This document shows, piece after piece, positions 37,451-51,080 of a stretch of DNA of 64,000 nucleotides. Made by a program: the position numbers and the translations under genes. Origin of the DNA: Lama guanicoe (lineage: Eukaryota); NCBI GenBank assembly GCA_013239625.1, contig MU056000.1, positions 1,984,001 to 2,048,000 of the forward strand. The letters are read 5' to 3'. The stretch's first letter is position 1, and every line of letters begins with the position of its first letter. The notes under the pieces were generated by a model that saw nothing but the letters and a program-made list of their open reading frames with translations, did not search any database and had not been told where the DNA came from.

Positions 37451-37714
37451 CCTGCCTTGCAGCCCCCCCAGAGTGTATCCCCACCCTGAGGATTGCCCAG
37501 AGAGCCTTCACCATCACAGAAACCAGGGTCTGGCCAGTAGGGACTCCACTCAGCTGGCCTGGATGGGGACCTGGGCACTGCGGCTTTGCCCGCAGCAGCC
37601 TTAGCAAAACCTGTCCAGCTCTGAGAGCTCAGCGCAGAGTCACCAGCCAGCTGGCACTGCCTGCGCTCCCTGTACCACGGCCCACTTCTCAGGGCCCCCT
37701 CCCCCGGACTGGCC

Positions 37715-37832
37715 TCCCCCGCTGTCTCCCAGCCAGACGGGAGGGACAGGGGCTGCTGCCTGCTGGGTCACCTGTGCACGCCCAGCACAAGCCATGAGCC
37801 CAGCTGTGGTGGGCACTCGAGGACGTCGCTGT
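37715..37832 (+). mobile_element. LINE-2 3' end fragment, GC-eroded
   Basis: CCAGAC..GAGGGACAGGGGCTG..GTCAC..CCCAGCAC..GTGGGCACTCGA. Confidence 0.4.
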
Positions 37833-39349
37833 CAAGAGCCCTGAGCGCACGTGACCTTCCGGCTACTGGACTAAGTTAAGATGTATCTTATACACACTTC
37901 TCTTCACATTTCCCAGCGTTGACTTGGATGCTCTCTGCAAAGCCCATGGTAAACCCCACAAGGGCATGAGCATGCATTTGGTAGATGTGGCTGGTCCAAG
38001 AGCAGTGTCATGTTGACCTGAGGTCACAATCTGCCCTGCCCCCCGCCCCAGTCTGGTCCTTCCTCGCCATCCCACCCACGAGACCCTGCTGCTATCCAGC
38101 TGCTTTCAAATCAGTTGCATTGAGAATTGAGATCCACAGAGAATTGAGAATTTTTATAAATTTTCTGTTTCAACATTTAAAATCAGACACACACACACGT
38201 ATGTAATGAATGTATGCGTATAACCTGTGATGTTTATGTATATTTCATACATTTTTTGAAAAAAAGAAGAATTCTAATACTTCCTGAAAAGGAAAGGTGG
38301 CCATCGTGGTCACGGTCCCAGGGTGACCTGATACGTCTGTACTTCTTAGGGCCATACAGCTTCACTGCTGTGTTTGTGAGCCCCCGTGTCTGCTCTGGGC
38401 ATGCGTGTAGCTAGACCACGTGTGTCCCTACGTTCCCTTCAGACAAAGATGCCCACCTGTCAAGTTCCTTTCTTCACCTCCTCCTGAGACCCAGGGCCTA
38501 GGGCGTGCTGAGGATGCAGTGACCGTGGCCCAGCCCCTCAGTGTATGCTGCTCACCTGCTTGCTGGTGTCTGAGGCTGAGCAGTTAAGACACACCTTGGA
38601 GGAACGGCCCTTCACGCATGTGTCCAGACGAGCTGGTGGGTGTGCCTCAGAAAAGAACCCACAGCCCTGTCCCGTCGGTATGTGACATCTGAACAGCCGC
38701 CCAGGTAGGGTGCGACCGGCCCTGCAGAGAGCCTTTAGCAGGCGCGTGTCTCCGAGGACAGCACAGGCAGAAGGAAGATGAAATGGGCAACAATACGGGA
38801 CTGACTTTCAATTACCAAAGTATTTTCCGCTTTGTCAAGATGCCTTATACTTGCAGTGTCTCAGCTGTTTATCTGCTCCTTCTCCCATTCCCTGACCCCT
38901 TCAGCAAGTACAGCGCTCTGGGCGTTAGGAATCGGGACCTGGGGGCCAGACAAACCCCTGTGTCCTCAGGCAGTTGTCTGGGGGGCGGCGTTGTGAGACG
39001 GGAGCCTCCTCAAGAGTTCGCATCTGCGGTCTTCTGGCCCCTGGTCTTAGGCAGGTGGAGGCACTGGGACAAAGCCTTGGACAACGTGTCCACACGTGGC
39101 CTGAGTCCCGGGCACCCTGAGTCCAGCTAGGAGGTTTCCCTGCAAGGAAAGAGCAGACTCGCTCCGCTGTCCTTACGTGTACCCTCTGAACTCTCCAAGC
39201 CTCCGCTCAGTTCTGTTTGAAAGCCCACCTTCCGTGAAGCACCCTGCGTTTTGGCTGTAGATGCGCCGTTCTGAGACGGATTCTGCTCAAATGCCCCTTA
39301 CGGTGGGCACTCTCAGGTGAGAGTGACATTTGCACTTGGCGTCTCAGCT

Positions 39350-40560
39350 TACAGCCTCTTTAATTATGCCAGGTCTCCAAAGCACTTACCCGGGGCTCTT
39401 AAATAGAGCTGGCCCTTTTTATTTAATTTCATTTGCCTGTTAGTGCTTGGAGAGGATCCAGCAAAGCACTTGGGTAAATTCAATAAAGTTCATCCCACAA
39501 TTAATACAGGGCCCGATGACAACGGCGGCCGGTCCTTTAAAAGGAGCCTCGAGATTCGACTGGAGGCACCGACGTTCCAGGGAGTTAGGTAACAGGAGTT
39601 GGAGCGAATAGATGAAATCACATATTACACAGTGTGTAATTAGTCAGCTTGAAAGGTGGACTAGTCTACTATGAAACCCAATCAGAGTCTTGGGGAGATT
39701 TGCACAACTGAATTTGCACTGGGAAGCTGTGGATTGCCTTGGGATAAATTACTGGTTTCCCCAGTTCCATCACACAAGTTGAGACAGCGTGGAGCTTTAT
39801 TTTAGGTTTTGTTTCACTCTCCCGTTTTTGGCCGTGCTGTAATTTGGAGCTAGCTACGGATGGAATGAGGAGCATTATGTGGGCTCTTCCTATTCCCCTT
39901 GTGAGTTTATTTAAAAAAAAATCATTATTAGTTATAGACTATGTGGTTTCAGGGACCCCTGATTTATGATCATCAGGGTTTACCAAGTTAAGCAAAGCTG
40001 AAAGATAATCAAACAGAGTGGTAGCCACAATTCCAAGGAAAAATAATCCCTCCGTATCCACTGTGGACACATTCGAAGCATGCACGACATGTACATGTTT
40101 CCACAGGGTCCTCAGCCAGGACCATCCGTCTCAAGAAGCTATAAGCAGAAAGTGCGGATCTATGTTCCGAGCAGGAAAATAAACTCTGCACACTCAGCTG
40201 CATCCAAGACACTGCTGACGCTGTTATTTCATTAATAACGCATTTCCGGTTGTCAAAAGCAATCGGCGTAGTAGTTCTCTCCTCGGTCCTGTTTATTATA
40301 AATCACTTTGAAACCATACTCTATTTTGCAGAGGATGAAAAGCAAAACCATTCTGTCAGCTGGAATTAAGTGCCGGGAGGCTATAGTCTTTCAGAAAGGT
40401 AAACAGGTAAATTAGCACATGGAAATCTGCTCCAAACATCAACCCACGCCTGTCGACATAGGAAAATGAAATATGTGTATTCAGGCGCAGAGATTAAAGT
40501 TACTTGAAGCATTTCCTAATTGTTCTCGCTGGTTAATAAGAAAGTCCTGTTGGAGTACTG
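39350..40560. promoter_or_regulatory. Putative conserved non-coding element cluster 5 (unmasked)
   Basis: TTAATTA, CAATTAAT, TAATTAG, Pbx-Hox TGATTTAT (39960-39967) and TTTATTAT in unique sequence. Confidence 0.45.
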
Positions 40561-41974
40561 TCAAGTTGTTGTTTTTTTTTTTAAATCTCAGTTGGGACTT
40601 GTACTACATATAAAACAGGTATTTCAGGAGGAATCCTCGCAAGAACGCAAAACTGGTTAAATCGGAACAGAACGATGTAACAGTATGCTAATCCTAGTTT
40701 CAGACCTTTTAAAATCCTCTGGTCTACAGTTATAATAAAATTTTGATTTATGTGTGTTTACTTCTGTCCAAGGGAGCGAGACATCTCGCGACGGAGGTCC
40801 CAGGTGAGCACAGGGGCCGGGGCCCTGCTGGGGGCGGGGTTCTGTGGGTGGGCGGGGCCATACTGCTTCCAAGCAGGGGGCGAGCTGTGATCCAGCCTTC
40901 TCTGTGGTCGCGGGTCGGGCTAGAAGATCCCTCTTCTGCTGGATGAACAGGGTGAGACTATGCTCCCTCCTGAGCGCCTTGGTTTCTCACCAAGGGGGCG
41001 TGTCCCCAGTCGGGGGCGTCCTTCCGCCCCCGCGGCCTGCAGAAGCCAGCAGGCCTGTCCATTGGGGTCCAGTTTGCTCAGTGGATTCACATTTGCCTAA
41101 AGGAGAATGTTGAGTGGAGCGTCAGAACTTGTCTGGAGGGATCCTGGTCCCAGCGTCAGAGCCGAGACACGGGCCAGAGTGTTCCGGGTGCAGCGACACT
41201 GGGCCCTTCTCTCTGAGACACGGAAGCCAGCCCTCCAGTCACCTACACTGCCGTTTGTACAAATAATAAAGTAGTCAACCCAGCGACACATTTGCTCTCA
41301 CACACGGAGAGCGTGGGCTGTGGTGTCAAAAGAATCCGTTTTCAGAGCACCTGCAGACTCGCGGGGAGGCTGGCAGAGCCAGGCAAGGTCAGGACGGGGA
41401 GGCAGGCACCTCTCTCTAGCACCGGCGATCCTAAGGCTGCTGGGTTTACCGTTCAGTTCAGATGGTCATCCTCACCGGGGAGAGGAAGCGGGAGGGAAGG
41501 TTAGAAACAGCTAAGATACTGTCCCCGCACATGTTAGAAGCCCTCGCTGGGAACGAGCCGGGGGCGGGGACACTGTGCTGCCGGCGGAAGGGGTCCTCCC
41601 TGCTGGTGGCCTCTGTGTCCGGCAGCCCAGTGCACCAGTGACCCTGCCCTTAGTTCAGGTAAGTTTGAGCTGCAGGTAGATTCACAAGTCGGAGAGGCTA
41701 CATCGGAACAAAGCGGGGCCCATGGGCAACACTCTGGAAGGTTAGCTCCAGTCACTGCTGGTAACAGGTTCAAACTAAAAACATCTGAGGCGGGGCAGCG
41801 TTGGCCGGCAGAGCCACACCACTGGAACGAGGATGCCTTAGCCAGTCACGGTGCCCACTGGGTAAGCCTCCCGAGGGGAAATGGGAGACCTTCCGAGGAA
41901 AATGACCCTGCGAGACAGGAAGGCCTGCGGCGTCCCCACCACGGCAGCAGAGCGGGCCGGTGCCGACGGCTCTG

Positions 41975-42235
41975 TCACTCCTGGGTCATCTCTGACTCCA
42001 CAGCATATCCCCAGGCTTGGCCCGTGCTCCCACCAGCCAAGGCAGCATCCGAGGGCGCTGGCCCCGGGGACCTTCTCACCTGGAGAACTCCAGCAGCTCG
42101 CCGGCCAGCCCTGCATCTGACACAGGTCATACCTGTTTGTGCCCAAGTGGCTGGCAGGTCCAGCCCACGGAGGGGACAGTCCACATTCATGAACCCACTG
42201 CTGGCACGCAAGGCCTGAGCCCCTGCCGTCCCCAC
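41975..42235 (+). mobile_element. LINE-2 fragment
   Basis: GGGTCATCTCTGACTCC..TTCTCACCTGGA..AGTCCA..GGCACGCAAGGCC..GCCCCTGCC in L2 order. Confidence 0.5.
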
Positions 42236-43449
42236 CCACGTCGGGGCACCCAGTGCCCTGTGCCCTGGGGTCCCTGGGCTGCACCCGCATGGTCTCGGCC
42301 TAAGGAGGTGAGTGGGGAGCACCCAGGCTCAGCCCCCTGGGAAGCCCCACTCTGTGCTGTGTCCACACCAGGAGCACAGTTGTGGGCGGGCAGGGGGCCG
42401 CAGGTCTGCCTGGGAGTGGCCTCCTCTGTGACCAGCAGTCTCTTGTCCCCCCGCCCAGCCCCGTGCTCCCCTGGGTAGCGGCTGCATTCGCTCCTCTGAA
42501 ACTGTGTCTGGCAGGTACCTGCTTTGGAGAAGGCGCGCATGGACTTTCAGACGTAAAGCCGCTTTTTCTCCACCAGCAGTCCCAGATCCAGACCGGACAG
42601 AACTTTCAAACAGGGTTCCAGAGTTTTCCAGGGGCAACCCACCAGCCCCTCCCTCCAGCTGTGGACCTGCCCTCCTCCTCTTGCTCTGGCTTGGATGCAG
42701 CTGGAGACTTCCTGGGTCCCTCTCCAGTATGGCCGAACACCTGCAGGCTGATTCGGGGACCCCTTGTTCAGATGGACAGGGTCCCCTGGATCTTTGCCTC
42801 TGAACCCCCACATCTGAGATGTTGTGTTATCAACAGCCTCAGTCCCGGGATTCCCAGAAAGGGACTTTGGTTCTGAAAAATCCATACCTGGGGTGTTACT
42901 GGAATCAGACAGAGTGGCCTGTGCAGAGCTGAAAATCTACTTAGAATACTCTGTAAAATCTCAGATGCTATTTGTAAACAGAAATAACTTCACAGGCCAC
43001 ATCAGGCAAGTTCAGAGGAGACAAGACGCAGAGGCTTTGAAAATGGAACGACTCAAAAGCAGCATCTATGCATTTCTGCATGTACAAGTACGTACATTTC
43101 TGTACGTATACACACGGCAAACAGGCTGGAAGACAGATGACAGGTTACTACTTCTGAGATCTCATTCAAATATAAAATTAGCAAATGAGTAGAAACAAAG
43201 TCCCAGCATTACAGTAAAAGGGATGGAAACCTCCATGAGAGCGTCTGGGAATTCCAGGGAAACTTGGCTCTTTACACTGTTAGGACTTTAGCTTAACACC
43301 ATCATGATTTGACATCTCCTTGCTTTAAAAGTAATTCTAAAAGAGCAAACAGCCTGCATTACGGAATTCACAAGTTGAGTGTAGAAAGTGTGAATTTCTT
43401 GTAAATATAAATATACTAAACAACACATAATAACACGATAGAATTTTCA

Positions 43450-44640
43450 GCAAAAAAAGGAATTAGCACATAAAAATGGCATCATTTAGACTCAGTCGCA
43501 GGTAAAATTTTATTGCATCTCGTTCCTTTATTTCGCATGTTCTTTTGTTTCTAATCTTTTAAATAAGGTAATAATCTGGTAAGTACGTTTTTATATCTTG
43601 TTTTTTTCCCTTAAACGTTAGCAGATGTAATTATGTGCACATATTAACCGTCTTACTGAATAGTGTAAATAGTTAGGGTAGTACGTTTTCTTCTCTGTAT
43701 GGCTTCAGTTACATTCTGTAAGTTTGGGGTGAAATTTTCTGGTTTTTGTTCGTTTCTACGTCATTTAAAGTCTCAGATTTCAGTCCAGTTTGGTCCTAGA
43801 GGTATTTAGAGGAGATGCCTCCCCTGTCCTGGTCTCGTTTTCACTGCTTCCAGGTTTTCTGCATGTGATGAAAGAGTGCAGTCTAGCATCTCCAGACTCA
43901 AGGCCATGTAAATGCTGGAGGGGGACGGGCTGGGGACGTGGGTACGACTCTTAGCCCTGAGAACAGGAAACATTTAGGATGCTTCATATGATCACTGTTT
44001 GGTTGTAAGTAAAATGAAATACAGGCCCTACGGAGTGCAGACTTCCCCTGTGAATGTCAGTCTCTGTCAGAGTCCGTCCGATGCTCTTCAAAATTAAACG
44101 TGTGTGTGTGTTGCTGTGATTACTGCCGAATTATTTGTCAAAACTCCAAAGAGATGTTACAGTTTCCCCGTATGATGGCAGTTTTTCACCTGCTCCTTAG
44201 ATGACGTTTAAGAGATCTTGCCTTTTGTGTCTCTCTGCCGTGTTGCTGAATGCCTGAAATCCGTGATTAAATCGCTCACAGATCCGAGTTATGGCCATGA
44301 AACGCCACCTCCCCAGCCCCAGGAGTTTGCAAAGTCCACTCTGTGATGCTCCCCCGGAGCTACCTTTACCTATTTTGAACGCACAGGTTTACGCGTATTT
44401 TTTCTCGAGCTAAAGTTTATACCCACGTCCCCAGCCTTTCTCTCCTCCAGGATTTCAGAATTTTTTTACCCCGACTTTCTCCTTTTCTTCCCGGTTTGAA
44501 TTGATGTAGATCAGAATGCTCTTCCACATAATTTTTATTGTAGCATTTTCATCCATTTCTAGTGTGATTTCTCAGCCACTGCATTGCAGTTCATAACTAC
44601 GTTGTCACCACGCGGTCACAATCGACAAGCCATGTGTGTT
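43450..44640 (-). mobile_element. Probable highly decayed ancient L1 (L1ME-like) fragments
   Basis: T-rich sequence with partial L1M landmarks (AAACATTTAGGATGCTTC, TACTGCCGAATT); weak. Confidence 0.3.
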
Positions 44641-44694
44641 TCACGACAAGGACATACATTTATTGAGTTAATTTTTATTGGAGTTAAGAATTTT

Positions 44695-44749
44695 ACCCCA
44701 GAAGTTGACACAGCATTGTAAACTGATTATACTTCAATTGAAAAAAAAC
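44695..44749 (+). mobile_element. Very short L1 3' terminus
   Basis: CCAGAAGTTGACACAGCATTGTAAACTGATTATACTTCAATT followed by an A tail. Confidence 0.75.
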
Positions 44750-44952
44750 TATCTTACGTGACTTTTTTCCCTAAAGTTTACGCAGGTTTCTGAAACCACA
44801 TGCCACACGATATCCTCTCTTGCTCTACTGTGAGTAGTGAGCAGGATGATATGGAATCCCATGGTCGCTGCCACCTTTTCTAGATTCCCGTTTTGCAGAT
44901 TAGAAGTCTAGACTCCCACGGCACCGTGGTGTGAGGTGAAGTCGAGGTTATG

Positions 44953-46620
44953 GCCACACCATTTGTTGAGAAAATTACCTTCCCAGTGAAATGTCCTTGT
45001 GCCTTTGTCAAAAATAGCTGACCATACATATGTGAATCTATTTCTGGATTCTCTGTTATGTTCCACTTACTCATATGTTTACCTTTATGCAAATTCAGCA
45101 CTATTTTGATTATGGTTTATAATAAATTTTGAATTAAGATAGCATGTCTTCCAACTTTGTTCTTTTACGAAATTCCTTTGGCTATTTTAGATCTTTTGCA
45201 TTTCCGTATAAATTTAGAATTAATTTGTCAAATTCTATGTAAAAACATGTTGGGATTTTGGCTGGATTTGTGCTGATACAATGACTGATTTTGGAGGAAC
45301 TGACATCTTAACATTCTCAAGTCTCTGATCCGCGAGCATGGTGTCTCTCTCCATTTATTTAGGTCTGCAGTTTTCCCCAGCAATGTTTTCTGGTTTTTAC
45401 ATGTCTAACATAACTTTTGTCAAGTTGATCTCTTTTTCATTTTCATGCTTTCAATGCTACAGTAAATCTTCAATTTCTGATTTTTCTGTGGCTCCCTGAA
45501 TTTTGCAATCTTGCTAAACCCAGTTAAAGTCCTAACACCTTTCTGTACATTTCTCAGAACTTTCTGCATAAATGATACTTGTAAGTAAAAAGAATGTTGC
45601 TTTCTTCTTCCCCCTTATGCTTTTATTTCTTTTTTTTTCTGAATTCACTGCGAAGACGTCTGTAATAATGTTGAACCCAAGACGTGAGAGTGGAATCCTT
45701 GCCCTCTCCTGATCTTATGTAGAAAATAGTCATTTCTCCACCATTAGCAATGAAGTTGGCCGTAGGTTTTTAAAATTCCCATTTCTAGGTTGAGGAATTT
45801 TTTTTTCCTGTTTCTTATTTTGCTGAAAGTTTTACAAAGAAAACATATTGAGTTTTTCAAATGCTTTTTCTGCATCTATTGAGACAATTATGTATTTTGA
45901 AATGTTTATTAACCACACAGACTTGTTTTTCAAATAAAAACCAAACTTGCATTCCTACTTAGTCATGATCTTTTAACATTTTTATATTTTTTTACTTGAT
46001 TTAATAAAATTTTGGTAAAAATATTTGCATCTAATTTCTTGAAAGGTATGGAACTATAGTTTTATTTTTTCTGGCATTTTGTCTGATTATAGTATCAGAA
46101 TGAAGCCGGCTTCATCCTGGATGAGTTTGTATAGAGCAGGCATTATTTCTTCCTTTAACATTTTTTAGAATTTACCAGTGAAGCCATGTGGACCTGGAGC
46201 TTCCTTTGTGGGAAGATTTTTAAGTACAGGTTCAATTTCTGTAAAAGACACAGGGCTGTTTAGGTTATGCTTCTTATGTGAGCTTTGCTATCTTGTATCT
46301 TTCAATATTTTATATTTTTCAAGAAATATGTTCAAATAATCTAAGTCATCAAATTCACTGCTACAGAGTCATTCATAATATTCCATTATATCTTTTTGTT
46401 GTTTGTTGGGTCAGTAGTAATGCCCCCTTTGTCATTCGTGATGTTGCTAACTTGTATCTTTCCTCTTTTTCCTGAGCAGTGTTGCTAGAGATTTACCAGT
46501 TTCATGGATCTTCTCAAGAAACCAGCCTTTGGTTTAATTGATTTTCTTTATTGATTTCCTGTTTTTTGTTTCATTAATTTTTGCTCATATGCTTATTATT
46601 TCCTTTTTCTGTTCTACTTT
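44953..46620 (-). mobile_element. Old L1 (L1M) ORF2 fragment, antisense, frameshifted
   Basis: The minus-strand translation KWNITENPEIDSHMYGQL matches the L1 ORF2p motif QWNRIENPEI..YGQLIFDK. DNA landmarks: CCAACTTTGTTCTT, CCAGTGAAGCCAT, TTCTCAAGAAACCAGC. Confidence 0.9.
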
Positions 46621-47384
46621 GGTGTTAGAATTACTTCCTTTGTTACACACGAATGAAACCAGACACCAGCACCTGATTTCAGGACCCCTCTTTCTCCACA
46701 CTCCTGCACCTCTGGGAGGCCTGCCTCCCCCCACCCCCACCGCTTCCCTCATCATTCGTGTTGTCACTTTGCTGTTCTTGGTGACCTGTCTCCTTTGATG
46801 TGGGGCTTGTGTCCTTGAACTGTCTGCTTTTCTGTGCCTGATGGACACAGCGGCCCAGGTGGGTGGGACAGAGACACAGGTAAGACAGTTCAGAGCTGAT
46901 GCCCATAGCAATATTTATTTTTGAGAATTATTACTTGATAAAAGGACATGAATCCCACATTGTGAAGACCTGAGGGAACCTGAGGAGAAGTGCAAAGTGA
47001 CAACTGCTTTAAATAAGAAGAAATACTTAAAAAATGAATGGCTAAGTCAAGTCCCACGTGTGGCGGATCCCTGATCGTAAATGCCAAGCCTGTAGATGAC
47101 TCCAGTGCACGTCCTTTAATACCGAGCCTTCTGGGGACTTGGGAGAAAGGAGACGGAGACACCTTCCCCTGTCATCAGAGAGGGGCCATCGCCTCCCCTG
47201 GGAGCCTCCACACCCCACCTTCTGGAGACCTGCAGGCTTTCTCTCCTGGGGCCGTCGTGTTCTGATGCAGGCAGACCCTCTTGGGGCAGTGAGAGCCACT
47301 CCACCAGGGTGTGAAAAGTGCTGGCCTGAACATCAAGTTCAGAGAGAAGATGGTGGAAGAAAGAATGAAGAACTTAGAGAACTA

Positions 47385-47545
47385 GCAACGGAAATTATGA
47401 AACTGAAATGGCACAAGACCACTTACAACAGCATCAAAAATGCAACGTTTTGGGATAAATGTAACACTGGTTGTAAGCTCTATAGCGGAAACCACGGAAC
47501 ATAGCGGAGAGAAATGTTGAAGGGGCTAAGGGTGCACTGTATTCT
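47385..47545 (+). mobile_element. Old L1 ORF2 fragment, sense
   Basis: ACCACTTACAACAGCATCAAAAA..GGGATAAATGTAACA..GAAACCAC..GAGAGAAAT resembles the IPFTIASK..LGINLT region. Confidence 0.6.
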
Positions 47546-50372
47546 ATGAGGGATCTCGTGTGCTGGAAAGTGAGTGAACCTGAGAAAGCAGGTCACCAAC
47601 GCTCAGTGTCCTGGGTGCCTATTGGGAGCACTGAGGTGATGGGAGAGAGGAAACCATGCTGGCACATGAAGTACTGATGGAGACATGGGGTTTTGGTGGG
47701 CGAGTTGATGGGGTTTCCTAATCCGAGGCAGGAGGAGATGCTATGGCAGGCATTCTGGGTGGTGGTGTCTCCTCGCCGACAACTGCCGGGAAAGAAAGGT
47801 CCACAGGCTGCGCCAGCATGCCCACCTTCCATCGCCAGGGTCCCCGCACACACGAGGTGCCTGTCTGCTGTTCCTCCCCCACGTCTCAGCACAGGGAGGA
47901 CAGCCTTCCTCTCCTTCGTGGACGTGGGGTAACTGAAGTAGGCTTGGAAACTGATCTTCCTCCAGCCTTGACCATCTCCCAGCAGGTGCTAAAGCAGGGA
48001 CCTTCCTTGTTCACCTGGGAGAAGCCCCACAACCTGGAAATGATGGGTGGATAATTTGCTGATTCCTATGTGTTCATGCAGCTGAGGGACCCATGGGTCC
48101 ATCCGTCTCTCCAGTATTTTATCCTCGATGCAAACACAGAGGCAGCATGGAGGGGCTTTTCTGTGAATGTTTCTATTTCGAGGAAGAGGCGAGAGAAGAG
48201 GCAACTTGAAAGAAGAAGAACACTTTCCAAATTCCAAAAACACAATTTGGTGTAGGTACAAGCCAGGATGTATTAAATTCTCAAGACTCTAAGCCTTGAT
48301 ATGAATAACCATTGAGTTCGTTCAGACTGACTTTATATAAATTGTCAACACTGCGTTGTTTGATGGGTATTAAAAACATGACTTATTTTTACCCAAATTC
48401 AGAATGGAACAAAGAGCACTCCTCACTCTGATGTGAAAGTCTCCAAACAGCTTGCAGCTTTTTGAACACCATAGTAGAGGCTAAATATCATTTAGTCGCT
48501 TTGTTGAACAATCCTGTGATTCTGGAACACCACGAAAATTCCACCTAGATTGAGGCGGTGAGAGGGCCCTGCTGGAGAGAGAGTGTGGTGCTGACATTTG
48601 TCCAGAATGACAGAAAGAAACAGACTTGGAGAGAGGATTGAGGAGCAGTCAATCGGCCCGCTCTCCACGACTTCTGACTCAAAGAGAAGAGTGAGTGTCC
48701 CAGCTGAGACTGGGCTGCCGTCAGACATACGACCCTATACAAGGTGAAGAGCTGGGTCCGGCAGCCAGGACCCTTCGCCTGGGTGTCCAGGTGCTGGGCT
48801 GAGCTGGGCTGCCCCATCAGCTGTGTCTCTCCACAAAGGCCACAGTGAGACCCCCTCACCTGGGGATGTTGGTCACTTCTCTGACCACCACGATTCACCC
48901 CCACGGAAAGCTGGACCTGAAAACATCAGACTGATTCGGGTGGTCGATCTCAGCAGTCCAGGATAAATTGGGATGAGCTTCAGACCAAGGTCTGCCGGTG
49001 GCCCCTGCAGCCCGTCCATGCGTGCTCTGATGCTGCTAGGCAGATGGATGCTTTCAAAGAAATATTCTTTCATCCTCATGAATCAGGCTTTGACCCCACA
49101 AGGACAGTGACAGTGAAGCATCCTGTCACCCCCCTGTCCACTCACCTGGAGCCCATCCTGAGGGGTGTGCCCTGGGCATGGCATGTTTGTGGCTGAAATG
49201 TCCCAGGAAGTGTGTCTGGTGATGGATGAAAATTTTTATTTTCAGTTTATGTTTGCTCGCTGTTCCCCGTCAAGAATGCATCTGGACGTGTTTCCAGCAG
49301 GTGAGGGCATCGGGGCAGATCCCTGGATGCGGCAATGTCGGCGACTTGCTCGCCTGGACCTGGACGCCCAAGGAGCCTTGGCGCGCTGTGAGCGCCGTCT
49401 GGGTCCCTGCGTCTCACCTGCCAAGTGTGGGGATCGAACCGGTGGGACTTGGGGGGCTGGAAAGAGGCAAACTTGGTAGGACAGGAGCTTTCTTGTGCAT
49501 TTCATACCTTTTGAAAATCAGACGGTGACGCAAATAATTTTCTGGCTTTATCAACCCTCCTCAGTGCATCAGCTACACAGTGAGGTTCCTCTGCTTTCTT
49601 TCTGCCCCCAAACAACCAGATTTGGGACGGGAGATTGAAGAAGAAAAGAGAAACTCACGCGACCGGACGATGGGGCTCGTGCTGGGAGGGAAGAGCGCCG
49701 GGAGCTGCAGCCCGTTCCGTCCCTGGAGGCTCAGCCCCGCCACCCACACGGGGGGTGGGGGGGACACGCGTGCCTTCAGCAGCGGCCCTCACCCGGCTGC
49801 TTCCGGAACCATTTGGTTATTCAGATAAGGACGCTCAGGCCTTCATGTTTGACTGCACTGCTGTCTACAGATCAGGTGAAGAGAGAGTCAGGGTTTGTTG
49901 CCAACAGGGTCCCTAAAGAGCCCTCAGAGAAAAACTGGGAAGCCCCATCTTCAGCCTGGCTCTGCCGCAGGCTCCCCTGGGGCCCAGAAAGCTCCTCTCA
50001 CCTGCCTTGGCCTTGGCCTGCCTGCCCACGAAGCTGAGGCAGGCGGACAAGCTGACCATCCCCACTTCACCAGCCGGAAAAGTAATACCCCTCAGCTTTG
50101 CGCCTTGGAGATGTTCCTTCTGGACAGTGTGTGTGTGTTGAGGAAACAGATCTTGCTCACGTGAAAGAGAGCAGCATACTTGCCGCTCGAAATGGTTACC
50201 TACATGATTCATAGAAACACAACGTCGATGGCGGGAAAGAAAGCTCTCCTCGTGAGAATTAATTGCAGATTTTGGAGAATAAGACTGAATGAGACGGTTT
50301 GGGCCTGTTCTACTGGCATAGAACCCAGTCTTCAAGAATTAGTTTCTGTCAAGATCATCAAAACCGTGATTA

Positions 50373-50484
50373 AAAAAGAACTTGAAAAGGAGCATATATG
50401 CAGAAATGGATCACTATGCTGCACATCAGAAATTAACACAACAGTGTCAATCGACTATACATTGATAAAAATAAATTTAAAAAA
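50373..50484 (+). mobile_element. L1 3' terminus
   Basis: GAAAAGGA..GGATCACTATGCTGCACATCAGAAATTAACACAACA..AATCGACTATAC followed by an A-rich tail. Confidence 0.8.
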
Positions 50485-51080
50485 TTTTAACAGTAGAGAT
50501 GAGGAAACATGCAGGGCTGGGTCTCTGGTAGCAGAGCAAAGCACCGCAGTCCTTCTGTCTGGGAGGCCAGACCGGAGAGCTGTTCCTTTAACAGAGATGC
50601 TGTAAGTCACGGCACCCATCTCTAATAGCTGTCACCCATCGCTCTGCTCTGAGAGAGCCACGTCTCATCTTCTGCGTGAAGGCTTTGTGGCTGCTGCCCT
50701 GGCACTGGAGATAAATCAGCACATCATATCATGAAATCAGATACCACGATGGCATACAGACAGATCGAAACCTCTTGTGGGAAAGATTCTACTAAATCCC
50801 AGTGTTCCGTGCACCAGCCCACGTGCTCTAACCCAGCTCAGCGATTTTCCTAGACTCTGTTAGATGTAGAGACAGCCTGCAAGAGGGCACACTGAATCCT
50901 AATTAAGGAGGAGAAGCCACACAAATGAGCACTTCCGGTTCTCAGGAAGTCTCACAAAACAGCTCGCCAAGGACCAGAGCCTAATAAACCAGGCAAACAG
51001 GAAAGCCAGGCCAGGTCTGATATAACTTACCAGTCTGCCTTTGAGGAAAGCACACTTCATTTTCTAAATTAAAATTTGGG

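Noticed and set aside
44880-45101. 73-aa ORF with real protein similarity
   Set aside because: It is a frameshifted L1 ORF2p remnant, not a host gene.
50540-50710. Possible MER58-like DNA transposon (also MER5-like traces near 23930-24060 and MIR/L2 traces at 30930, 38910, 44790 and 50030)
   Set aside because: Similarity is too weak to call by eye; it needs RepeatMasker or nhmmer.
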